NCBI GenBank assembly: GCA_963665295.1
Contig: OY762209.1
Coordinates: 2,816,001-2,880,000 of the forward strand
Direction of reading: 5' to 3'
Origin: Syntrophorhabdaceae bacterium
Lineage (GTDB): Bacteria > Desulfobacterota > Syntrophorhabdia > Syntrophorhabdales > Syntrophorhabdaceae
Length of the DNA: 64,000 nt
Part shown: piece by piece, positions 9,212-18,585 of the stretch
How the letters are laid out: each line of letters opens with the position of its first letter
Position numbering within the stretch: position 1 is the first letter of the stretch
The notes under the pieces: model-generated
The model's database searches: none
The model's input: the letters and a program-made list of their open reading frames with translations, nothing else
Told to the model about the DNA's origin: nothing
Program-made: the position numbers and the translations under genes

Positions 9212-10351
9212 ATGCAAAAACGATATCTGCTCGCGCCGGGGCCTACCGCAATTCCGCCGGAAGTGTTGTTAAAAATGGCCGAGCCAATCATACACCATAG
9301 AAACCCTCTTTTTGAGACCATAGTGGAAGAAGTGAGGGAGAATCTGAAATATCTCTTCGGCACCAGGAATGAAGTGTTGATTTTCACCTCCTCAGGCACA
9401 GGGGCAATGGAAGGGGCGGTCACCAACATGTTGTCCCCCGGGGACAAGGCTATTGCCGTGACAAGCGGAAAATTCGGGGAGAGGTGGGCAAATATCCTCA
9501 AGGCCTATGGTGTCGGGACGATCGTTATCGATGTGCCGTGGGGAGACATTGTCGACCCCGGGGAGATCGAGAAGGCTCTTAAAGCGCACCCCGACGTGAA
9601 GGCCGTGTATACCCAGGCGACGGACACGTCAACGGGCGCGAAATTTCCTGTACGGGAGATCGCGGCGATTGTAAGGGAGTATCCCCAAACGCTGATGGTG
9701 GTTGACGGCATCACGGGAGTGGGCGTTTTCGAACTGCCCCAGGACGCGTGGAACATCGATATCCTTATAAGCGGCTCCCAGAAAGCCCTCATGCTGCCTC
9801 CGGGCCTCGCCTTTGCCGGGGTGAGCGACAAGGCATGGGAATTTAACAAGACGTCGAAGATGCCCAGGTTCTACTTCGACTGGGCCAAGGAACTGAAGAA
9901 CCTGCAAAAGAACCAGACTAATTTTACACCCGCCATCTCTCTCATAATCGGGCTCCGGGAATCACTCCGGATAATCAGGGAAGAAGGCCTGGAGAACGTA
10001 TACCGGAGGATCGACGTCCTCGCGGAAGCAACCCGGGAAGCGGCAAAAGCGCTTGGTCTCAAAATATTCGCCAGATCCCCGAGTCCCGCGGTTACCGCGA
10101 TTGAGGCCCCGGAGGGTATAGACGGCCAGGAGATCTACAAAACCCTCTGGAAAAAATATGGAGTTACGGGAGCGGGCGGGCAGGATCAGCTAAAAGGCAG
10201 GGTGTTCAGAATCGCCACACTGGGGTATGCGGATAAGTATGACGTTATCACCGCCATATCGGCTCTTGAATTTACCCTCAGGGACCTGGGATATAAATTC
10301 GACATGGGAACAGGCGTGGCCCGGGCCTTGGAGTGTCTGAAGGACCTCTGA
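9212..10351 (+). CDS. Class V PLP aminotransferase (alanine-glyoxylate/serine-pyruvate aminotransferase family)
   Basis: LLAPGPT, SSGTGAMEG, GKFGERW, SGSQKALMLPPGL, GGQ..LKG..FRI. Confidence 0.92.
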   Translation: MQKRYLLAPGPTAIPPEVLLKMAEPIIHHRNPLFETIVEEVRENLKYLFGTRNEVLIFTSSGTGAMEGAVTNMLSPGDKAIAVTSGKFGERWANILKAYGVGTIVIDVPWGDIVDPGEIEKALKAHPDVKAVYTQATDTSTGAKFPVREIAAIVREYPQTLMVVDGITGVGVFELPQDAWNIDILISGSQKALMLPPGLAFAGVSDKAWEFNKTSKMPRFYFDWAKELKNLQKNQTNFTPAISLIIGLRESLRIIREEGLENVYRRIDVLAEATREAAKALGLKIFARSPSPAVTAIEAPEGIDGQEIYKTLWKKYGVTGAGGQDQLKGRVFRIATLGYADKYDVITAISALEFTLRDLGYKFDMGTGVARALECLKDL

Positions 10352-10430
10352 GAAACCGGTGGCCTTCAACCGATGTGAAGACGGTCGTGATTTGCGGAAT
10401 AATGGTGCGTAAATTTGAGAGAAGGTAACA

Positions 10431-11078
10431 ATGCCAAAGACTAGAGGCGTGGTTTTTGACTTCGACGGCACCCTCACGGAGTTGACCCTCGACTTCGGAC
10501 ATCTGAAGGAAGCGGTAGTCGATATTGCAAGGCGTTACGTGCCGGAAGAGACCGTACGTCTGCTGGAAGGCCGCTTCATTATAGAAATGATCTATGAAAT
10601 AGAAGCCGGACTCGGGGATAGAGGTTCCGAATTCAAGGAAGAAGCCTTTGAATGCTTAAGGATTCTCGAGGTCGCGGCGTCGAAGGGCAAAGCGGTCTAC
10701 CCCTATGCGAGGGAGGTCCTCACCCGGCTCCGGGAGAAGGGCGCGAGGATAGGGATCGTCACCAGGACTTGCCTGGAGGTAGTGAAGGGCGTTTTCCCCG
10801 ATGTCGATGCATACGCGGAAGCTGTGGTAACCCGTGAGCATCTGAAAGAAGTAAAACCCCACCCCGGCCAGATATTTGCCATATGTGATCTTCTTTCAAT
10901 CCGCCCTGAAGAAGGGATACTCGCAGGCGATCATCCCACGGATGTGGCGGCGGGTATAGCGGCGGGCATGGTTACAGTGGGTCTCCTCTCGGGCAGGACT
11001 ACCAGGAGAGAATTCGAGGCGGCCGGAGCCACCTTCATACTGGATGATATAAGGGGTGTCCTGAACGTGATCAGCTAG
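10431..11078 (+). CDS. HAD-superfamily hydrolase (phosphoglycolate phosphatase-like)
   Basis: FDFDGTL, KPHP, GDHPTD motifs. Confidence 0.88.
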   Translation: MPKTRGVVFDFDGTLTELTLDFGHLKEAVVDIARRYVPEETVRLLEGRFIIEMIYEIEAGLGDRGSEFKEEAFECLRILEVAASKGKAVYPYAREVLTRLREKGARIGIVTRTCLEVVKGVFPDVDAYAEAVVTREHLKEVKPHPGQIFAICDLLSIRPEEGILAGDHPTDVAAGIAAGMVTVGLLSGRTTRREFEAAGATFILDDIRGVLNVIS

Positions 11079-11117
11079 AAGGCCCCTGTGTCTTGTGTTT
11101 CCCGTGAGCGGATCGTC

Positions 11118-11753
11118 TCAGTCCCTCCCGGGCCGGGAAAGAGGTATTGGCCCTGATCCCGTGAGATCCTCGTTGAGCAGCGGGAGGTATATATGGACGG
11201 TGACACCTTTGCCTGAAGAGGTCTCTATGTTGATGCTCCCGTTGTGTTGTTTTATAATGGCATAAGCCGTGGGCACACCGCGGGCGGAGTCCGTCCATCC
11301 CTTCGTAAAGAGCATGTCTTCAGCCAGATTCCTCTGTTCCTGTTCGTCCATATGTGCGCCAAATCCCGTGACCGAGAAAACGGCGCACCGTCCTCCCGTT
11401 CCGCCCCAGTCGTTGCCTCCGGGTCCGTCGAAGAAACCGGCCAGACCGGTTTCTATCACGACGCTCCCGCTCCCGTTCATGGTTTTCCTTGCGGTTTTTA
11501 TAAGGTCCGTAAACACTTTTCCGATCAGGCTTATGTCGGTCATGACGGAAAGAGTCTGTTCGGCGAGAGTCACCCGGTCTTCGGTGCTGTCGGTCAAATA
11601 CCTGGGAAGCAGTCCCGTGAGGCCCCTCACCAGGTCATTCAGGTTGGTCTTTTTCGGTCTTATTGAAAGGCCCGGGCTGAATCGGGGGATGCGTTTAATC
11701 AGGTCTTCGTCCTCTTGATAGTCCAATGTGCACGCCTCCTCGGCAAATATCAA
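11118..11753 (-). CDS. Stand-alone degenerate histidine-kinase HATPase domain protein
   Basis: NLNDLV, Y.IIKQHNG.I.IE...GKG.T..IYLP; no HisKA domain, and the N/G1/F/G2 boxes are eroded. Confidence 0.65.
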   Translation of the reverse strand: MIFAEEACTLDYQEDEDLIKRIPRFSPGLSIRPKKTNLNDLVRGLTGLLPRYLTDSTEDRVTLAEQTLSVMTDISLIGKVFTDLIKTARKTMNGSGSVVIETGLAGFFDGPGGNDWGGTGGRCAVFSVTGFGAHMDEQEQRNLAEDMLFTKGWTDSARGVPTAYAIIKQHNGSINIETSSGKGVTVHIYLPLLNEDLTGSGPIPLSRPGRD

Positions 11754-12088
11754 GCTCCGCTTTTCTTTCCCGCCTTCCGTTTTGCGGAGGGTGGACGATC
11801 TTCAACGGACACCCTGATTACGGAGTTGTAGGTACCGAATTTGTTGCCGGATTTTTCGGCGCACTGGGGGTCATCACACCACGAACCGTCCACGATGAAG
11901 CGGTATTCATGACTTCCCGGCAGCAAGTATGCCGCCCGTTGCCACGTGCCGTCGTTTTTCTTGTCGTCCCGCTTGAGAGGCAGCGAAGCGGTATCCCAGT
12001 TATTGAAATCTCCCGCAAGGTTGACCTCTCTGGCCTCCGGTGCGTGGAGTTTGAAAGTTACACGTTTCTTCGTCTTTTTTTCGTCCAT
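11750..12088 (-). CDS. CBM48/AMPK1-type glycogen-binding (isoamylase early-set) domain protein
   Basis: VTF...APEA.EV.LAGDFNNW, PG..EYRFIVDG.W..DP, N.FGT.NSV; GGAGG RBS. Confidence 0.88.
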   Translation of the reverse strand: MDEKKTKKRVTFKLHAPEAREVNLAGDFNNWDTASLPLKRDDKKNDGTWQRAAYLLPGSHEYRFIVDGSWCDDPQCAEKSGNKFGTYNSVIRVSVEDRPPSAKRKAGKKSGA

Positions 12089-12363
12089 CCTTAATCCTCC
12101 TTTGGTACATAGAATTGCCGAACCGCCCCAAAAAAAGGAGAGGGGCGATACGTCAAAAGGCCGGTCCATGCCGCCGCGACCCGCCATCCTGCTGACCGGG
12201 CTCTGCGTGACCTGACCGGGTGCGTTAGTCCCCTCACGATATGCGATGATACCATGCAAGAAACATGCTATATCCGAGCAGGGGCCGGGCACGGAGTTTC
12301 TCTAATGATTTTGGGCTTACCCTTATTCGGGGAGCCGGTACAGTCTTGCAGTATAGTATGAAA

Positions 12364-12403
12364 TGTCTTATTCTACAAGACTATTGTCTTGTAGAATAAG
12401 ACA
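12364..12403. repeat. Perfect 18-bp inverted repeat TGTCTTATTCTACAAGAC-tatt-GTCTTGTAGAATAAGACA (terminator or operator)
   Basis: Read directly; the arms are exact reverse complements. Confidence 0.85.
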
Positions 12404-12476
12404 CAATGCAGCACTTGAAAAACCGAAGAGAAAGGCAAGGCGTGAACCACGCTTCACGTGCCGTCGTCCGGGGCCA

Positions 12477-12776
12477 TCAGGCGTAAACCGATATGTTGTT
12501 TCCTTTTCCGGGAATAGTCCGGGTGTTCTTCTCGACGTTCCGATAGGTATTCATGCCGTATGATGCGGGCATCCGAAACTCCCCCTCCTCGTCGAAGGCA
12601 GGCGACCAGTGGTAGGGCGGGGTGTCTGCACGGGTGGAACAGGCTTGACCGGGATTTTTTGTATCTATGATTTCGGGGGCAGGTTGTGGGGAAGCGGCCT
12701 TGCGCGCAATACTCAACCTTACCGACAGGGTATCCCTCAAGCCGGGAAGATTAGATATGACCCGCTCTGCTCTCAA
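12477..12776 (-). CDS. Hypothetical 99-aa protein ending in GKGNNISVYA
   Basis: GAGGAG 8 nt before the TTG start; consensus sigma70 promoter upstream. Confidence 0.55.
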   Translation of the reverse strand: MRAERVISNLPGLRDTLSVRLSIARKAASPQPAPEIIDTKNPGQACSTRADTPPYHWSPAFDEEGEFRMPASYGMNTYRNVEKNTRTIPGKGNNISVYA

Positions 12777-12837
12777 AGCCTTTGCTCCTCGTGCTCCGGT
12801 TCAATGAAGGGAGATGTCACGTCCCCCCTTCATACTA

Positions 12838-12866
12838 ATGGTAGCCGCGATTATGATAATTGTCAA
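12838..12866 (-). promoter_or_regulatory. Sigma70 promoter TTGACA-N17-TACCAT
   Basis: Minus strand ttgaca attatcataatcgcggc taccat. Confidence 0.7.
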
Positions 12867-13054
12867 GGGGATTCTTTGTGATTCCGTTAAGTTATTCCAT
12901 ACAGTGGTCACCCGGGGCGGGACATGCGGGCGGAGTGGGCCGGATATTACAAGGGCCCGCGTATGCTCACGACGGGTTCTCGGGGCATACACGGGCCCGA
13001 AGAGGACCGCATCTCATGAATGGGAGGAAACGGTCCCCGGGAAAAAAGTGGATG

Positions 13055-13645
13055 CTACTTCTTTGCAGGCGAGGCGGCCAGGGCGTTTACCGCTTCTTCC
13101 TTCTTTGCCGTCACGTCCTGTTTGATAGCTTTCAACTCGTCGCTCGCTTCCTTGATCTTCGGCCCCTGAAGCTTCTCTTTGGCCGCTGCAAGGTCTGCTT
13201 CCCACTTGGTGATCATCGCCTGTATCTCTTCCCGTTTGGCGGCAAGGGGTTTCTTCTTCGCCGCCCCTTCTACAGCCGCTTTCAGTTCGTCAACGTCCTT
13301 CTGGATGTCCTGAATAGCCTGCTCAGCGTCGGTTTTGACTTTTGTCTTGGCGGCCTCAATACCGGCCATTGCCTGCTGTGCAAGGCCCTCGGCTTCAACG
13401 GCAACCTGTTTGGCTTCCTTGTATTTCTTTGCAGTTACCTGATCCTTGGCCTGCTTCAGGGATTCCTCCGCCTTGGCAAAGAGATCGGGCACATAGGCAG
13501 GAGCTTCCTTCTGTTTTGCATCTTCGATGGCCTTTTCCGCCTTTGCCAGTTCCTCTGTGGGGGGCTTGGAGCATCCCGTGAAGATCAGGACCGATAAGAC
13601 GAGCATCGCTGAGAGAAAAAGGTAAGAACGACATCTGTTAAGCAT
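13055..13645 (-). CDS. DUF4398-like coiled-coil lipoprotein
   Basis: Lipobox FTGC followed by SKPPTEEL..AE.AI..A...EA..Y; Ala/Lys/Glu-rich helices; AGGAGG RBS. Confidence 0.8.
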   Translation of the reverse strand: MLNRCRSYLFLSAMLVLSVLIFTGCSKPPTEELAKAEKAIEDAKQKEAPAYVPDLFAKAEESLKQAKDQVTAKKYKEAKQVAVEAEGLAQQAMAGIEAAKTKVKTDAEQAIQDIQKDVDELKAAVEGAAKKKPLAAKREEIQAMITKWEADLAAAKEKLQGPKIKEASDELKAIKQDVTAKKEEAVNALAASPAKK

Positions 13646-13894
13646 TTTGACTACCTCCTGAACCTTTTTTGTGAATATTTTACCATACGGGTCTGGAAAA
13701 GACCACGCAAAACAATGGAGATTGGCTGTGGGGCGCAATGTCCGGGCCTTCATGGACCACGGCGGCGCCCGGACCCCGTTGCCTTTCCCCCTTCCGGGCA
13801 CAGGAAGGTTGCTGCAGAATAAGACTATTTACCGGTAAAGGAACACATTTTTTGTGGTATGATAGTGGGTTGAAAGTTATGAGGGCGGAGGTCT

Positions 13895-15655
13895 GTGGTG
13901 AATGTGGAGTTTGAAGTATTGATGGGAAATCATGCAATCGCGCGCGGTCTCGTTGAAGCGGGTCTTGATCTTGCCGCGGCTTACCCGGGGACTCCGAGTT
14001 CCGAAATCCTTCCCGGAATCGTCAGGTTCGGCAGCCAGGACAGCAGGCGGGTTTACGCGGAGTGGTCCACCAACGAGAGATGTGCCTTCGAAACGGCCTT
14101 CGGGGCTGCCCTTGCCGGCAAACGGGCCGCGTGCATGATGAAGCAGGTAGGTCTCAACGTAGCCTTCCCGTCGCTTCTCAGGGGGAAGAGCAAAACCATA
14201 AAAGGGGCCCTGGTGATTGTCTCCTGTGATGATCCGGGTCCCCAGTCGTCTCAGACGGAGCAGGACACCCGTCTCCTTGCCGCCTTGTTCGGCATACCCG
14301 TATTTGACCCTTCATCACCGAGGGAGGCCGGGGATGTGGCGTACTATGCACTGAAGTATTCTTTTGAACATAAGGTCCCCGTTATCTTAAGGCCGACCCA
14401 CAGGGTAAGTCACGCGAGGGAGGCGGCACCCTTCTATCCGGCGGGAGAGAGGGAAGTTGTCCTCGACGAAGGTGTTCGGGCCGGGAGGGGCCGGAAACTG
14501 GGCATTATCGCCTCGGGCATGAGCTGTTCTCTTGCCTTCGACGTGCTGGCGAGACTCGGCGTCGAGGAGGACGTGTCCTTATATAAGGTGATAAAGGTCT
14601 TTCCCGTTGACCCCCGTCTTGCCCAATTCGCGAACAGCATGGAAAAGGTGCTCGTTATCGAGGAGACCGACGCTGTTCTCGAAGGGTTGGTCGGCAGGGC
14701 CGACGTCCTGGGGCGAAGGAACGGATACATACCCGCCGAAGGCGAACTGACCTATGATGTGGTAAGAGGCGTCATCGAGCGTGTACTTGCGGAAACGGAT
14801 CTGACCGGCGGGAGAAGAGAGAAGTTCGTTCCGGACACGTCCATCAGGGATGCGGTGAGGACGGTCCCTTTTTCCGCGCGGCCGCCGACGTTGTGCGCGG
14901 GATGCTCTCATAGGGCCTCCTTCTATGCAATGAAGCAGGCCTTCCCCGATGCGGTTTTTCCCGGTGATATAGGTTGTTACACCCTCGGCATAGCGCTGGG
15001 CGCTGTGGATACGTGCATAGATATGGGCGGAGGCGTGAACCTTGCCTCCGGCTTCCATGACACCTTTACCCAAGACGGAGCTTTGATCCCCATTATCGCG
15101 TCGGTCGGTGATTCCACTTTTTTTCATGCGTGCCTCCCGCCCCTCTATGACGCGGTCCTGAAGGGTAAGAGATTCATCCTTGTTATTATGGATAACTCGA
15201 CTACCGCCATGACTGGGATGCAGCCCACCCCCCAGACAGGGGTAAGGGCGGACGGGACGTGCGCCCCTCCGATCAGGATCGAGGAAATTGTCCGTAGTTT
15301 TGGCGTTCAGTTTCTGAAAATTCTTGACCCCTACGATGTGCCTTGTATGATCGATACAATGAAAGAGGCATTTTCCTATCTCCAGGGAGCGGCGAAGGGA
15401 CCGGCCGTGATTATCGCCCGGAGAGAATGCCGCCTTCTTTCGCACACAAAAGAGGAACGCGGTTTTGACCCGGCGGTGTTCATTGAGGACTGTACAGGCT
15501 GCAAGACTTGTGTCGACACTTTTGACTGTCCCGGTCTGGCCTTCAATGAGGATGAACAGCGGGTGACCATAGACGACGGGCTGTGCACGCGGTGCGGAAC
15601 ATGCCTCAATGTCTGCCCTGCCCAGGCCGGGGCTGCGGCCGTTGTGCCGGGATAG
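13895..15655 (+). CDS. iorA: Indolepyruvate:ferredoxin oxidoreductase alpha subunit
   Basis: MGNHAIARG, YPGTPSSEI, MKQVGLNVA, SSQTEQDTR, RPPTLCAGCSHR, GDIGCYTLG, GDSTFFH, DNSTTAMTG.Q, C-terminal 2x[4Fe-4S]. Confidence 0.92.
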   Translation: MVNVEFEVLMGNHAIARGLVEAGLDLAAAYPGTPSSEILPGIVRFGSQDSRRVYAEWSTNERCAFETAFGAALAGKRAACMMKQVGLNVAFPSLLRGKSKTIKGALVIVSCDDPGPQSSQTEQDTRLLAALFGIPVFDPSSPREAGDVAYYALKYSFEHKVPVILRPTHRVSHAREAAPFYPAGEREVVLDEGVRAGRGRKLGIIASGMSCSLAFDVLARLGVEEDVSLYKVIKVFPVDPRLAQFANSMEKVLVIEETDAVLEGLVGRADVLGRRNGYIPAEGELTYDVVRGVIERVLAETDLTGGRREKFVPDTSIRDAVRTVPFSARPPTLCAGCSHRASFYAMKQAFPDAVFPGDIGCYTLGIALGAVDTCIDMGGGVNLASGFHDTFTQDGALIPIIASVGDSTFFHACLPPLYDAVLKGKRFILVIMDNSTTAMTGMQPTPQTGVRADGTCAPPIRIEEIVRSFGVQFLKILDPYDVPCMIDTMKEAFSYLQGAAKGPAVIIARRECRLLSHTKEERGFDPAVFIEDCTGCKTCVDTFDCPGLAFNEDEQRVTIDDGLCTRCGTCLNVCPAQAGAAAVVPG

Positions 15656-15658
15656 GCC

Positions 15659-16660
15659 GTGAACAGCGAAAAGACGCTTTCCATAGTCATAATCGCAAAG
15701 GACACGAAAGACCTTTTGAAGGACCTCCTCGACTCCATACGGGAGGACGGCTCCCTTGAACCGTTTCTGAACGATATCGTAGTGGTGGACAACGGATCGA
15801 AGGACGGGACCGACGCCATGGTCCGGCAAGACTTCCCCGCCATAAAGGTGTTGCATAATGAGGAGAACAAGGGGTTCGCCGCATCGGCCAATGCGGGCTT
15901 CCGGTCCGTTGCCGGTGATTTTGTGCTCTTTCTCAATTCCGATACCCTTCTCATGGAGGGCGAGGTATTGAAAATGTTGCAGTACATGAGGGAGACCAGC
16001 GATGTGGGGATATGCGGTCCTCAACTCATTTACCCGGACATGCGTCCCCAGCGGTCGTCCGCGGCGATACCTTCCATTCTTCCTGAAATAGTCCCTGCCG
16101 CCATTCTTGAAGTGATATTTTCACGAAAATATCCGGGAAAGCCGAAAGCCGGGAAGGACACTCCGCTCCCGGGCGGCCGCGGCGAGGCGGTCATGGCCCC
16201 GCGCGAGGTCGATTCTCTTATAGGCGCCGCGATCATGGTGAGGAGGAGCGCCATGGAAAAGGCGGGCGGGTTTGACGAGAGGTTCTTCTTCTTCCTCGAA
16301 GAGACGGATCTTTGCATGAAGATAAGGAACGCGGGATTCCGGGTCCTCTGCATGCCCGGCGCAAAGGTGGTCCACCTCCAGGGAAAGACAGTAAGGAAGA
16401 ATTGGGTCAAGGGCAGGATGGAGTACAATATCTCCATGTATAAGTTCATAGGCAAGCACCACTCCCGTGCGTACTACCGGTGCTTTCAGTCGGTAAGGGT
16501 TCTGAAGGTGGCCGCGTTCCTCGTCCTCGCCACGGTGCTGCCCTTTCTTCTTTTGGGGTCGAGGACGAGGCGAACTTACACATATTACCGGAGCCTCATC
16601 AAGTGGCATTGGGACGGGTGTCCCGACGACGCCGGGCTCCGTGTTCGCCCTCCGGGCTGA
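15659..16660 (+). CDS. Glycosyltransferase family 2 (WbbL-like)
   Basis: VVDNGS.DGT, NKGFA...N, FLNSDT, GFDERFFFFLEETDLC. Confidence 0.9.
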   Translation: MNSEKTLSIVIIAKDTKDLLKDLLDSIREDGSLEPFLNDIVVVDNGSKDGTDAMVRQDFPAIKVLHNEENKGFAASANAGFRSVAGDFVLFLNSDTLLMEGEVLKMLQYMRETSDVGICGPQLIYPDMRPQRSSAAIPSILPEIVPAAILEVIFSRKYPGKPKAGKDTPLPGGRGEAVMAPREVDSLIGAAIMVRRSAMEKAGGFDERFFFFLEETDLCMKIRNAGFRVLCMPGAKVVHLQGKTVRKNWVKGRMEYNISMYKFIGKHHSRAYYRCFQSVRVLKVAAFLVLATVLPFLLLGSRTRRTYTYYRSLIKWHWDGCPDDAGLRVRPPG

Positions 16661-16985
16661 AGAAGGCGCGACCGCGCGAGAGCCGGGCACGTGATCGGAT
16701 GGCCTTCCGAAGGGGCTCCCACGCCCCTCTTCACACACCTTATTGTATACAAAACAATCTCATGTTTTACCGGAATTGATCCACAAGTGGGCGATTTACG
16801 GTCATACGGGCCGCAGGCTTATTCAACTTCTTCTTGACAATTGCAGTCAACTTAAAATAATATAAAGCGGGTTTGAAATGTGTTGCACGGAAATAATCGG
16901 GGGGAAAGATTTTTACCGCGCCGGGCCGGAAACATCCGGTTCTTTGGCAATAAATCTCCTTTCATACCAGTGGTAGTGAACCGGG

Positions 16986-17014
16986 CCGACAGGCTGAAGG
17001 CAGAATACTATAAT
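16986..17014 (+). promoter_or_regulatory. Sigma70-like promoter CCGACA-N17-TATAAT for the polysaccharide operon
   Basis: Exact 17-nt spacer and perfect -10, immediately upstream of the JUMPstart hairpin. Confidence 0.6.
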
Positions 17015-17023
17015 GAATCGTTG

Positions 17024-17054
17024 GGCTGTTACGACAGCCAGCGGCGGTAGCGCA
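17024..17054 (+). promoter_or_regulatory. JUMPstart/ops-like element (hairpin GGCTGT-TACG-ACAGCC followed by GGCGGTAGCG)
   Basis: 10/10 match to the ops core GGCGGTAGCG, in the 5' UTR of a long polysaccharide operon. Confidence 0.8.
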
Positions 17055-17078
17055 TTTATTGACGTTAAGGATGGTTGA

Positions 17079-18056
<978 letters not shown>

Positions 18057-18141
18057 AACGCGGCATCCGGGGCAGTACACGGTTGACAGAGCCTGGGATT
18101 CCTTAGGCGGCAGGCCGATATAAACAAGACCAGGAGGTGTG

Positions 18142-18534
18142 ATGAATACCCTCATTTCCTCAAATCGGGACGAAATCCCAAAATCTAACACCGTCCAAAG
18201 ACCTTGGGGCAGTTTCACCACTCTTCACGAAGAAGAGAGATTCAAGATAAAAAAGATAGTGGTGAACCCCGGCGGAAAACTCAGCCTGCAATTTCATAAA
18301 CACCGTTCCGAACATTGGGTTGTGGTGAAGGGAAAGGCGAGGATTACGGTCGGCGACGACGTGAACTGCTACCAGGAGAACGACAGCGTTTACATACCGG
18401 TGTCGGCAAAACACCGGGCAGAGAACTGCGAAGACGGACATCTCGAAATAATAGAAGTTCAGTATGGCGAATACCTTGGGGAAGATGATATAGTGAGAAT
18501 TGAAGACATATACGGGCGAGGCAGTGCCCTATAG
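18142..18534 (+). CDS. Stand-alone type II phosphomannose isomerase cupin domain (ManC C-terminal domain)
   Basis: RPWG, LSLQFH.HRSEHW.VV.G, IIEVQ.G.YLGEDDIVR. Confidence 0.9.
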   Translation: MNTLISSNRDEIPKSNTVQRPWGSFTTLHEEERFKIKKIVVNPGGKLSLQFHKHRSEHWVVVKGKARITVGDDVNCYQENDSVYIPVSAKHRAENCEDGHLEIIEVQYGEYLGEDDIVRIEDIYGRGSAL

Positions 18535-18585
18535 CAGATGCAGCCGGTCTGGGACGACGGCGATTACGATTATCGGAGTGGTAAG

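Noticed and set aside
9212..10351. Class V aminotransferase as the missing cysteine desulfurase
   Set aside because: Has SGSQKAL/PGPT motifs of the AGT/SPT family and no GSAC or RxGHHC catalytic Cys loop
13690..13785. c-di-GMP-I riboswitch-like words (gcaaaac...ggcgcaa...gtccgggc/gcccggac)
   Set aside because: Only one 8-bp stem; no GNRA tetraloop/receptor architecture
14579..16024. 481-aa and other long antisense ORFs (e.g. 40378-41469, 60055-60942)
   Set aside because: Shadow frames opposite well-supported genes in GC-rich DNA, with no recognisable motifs
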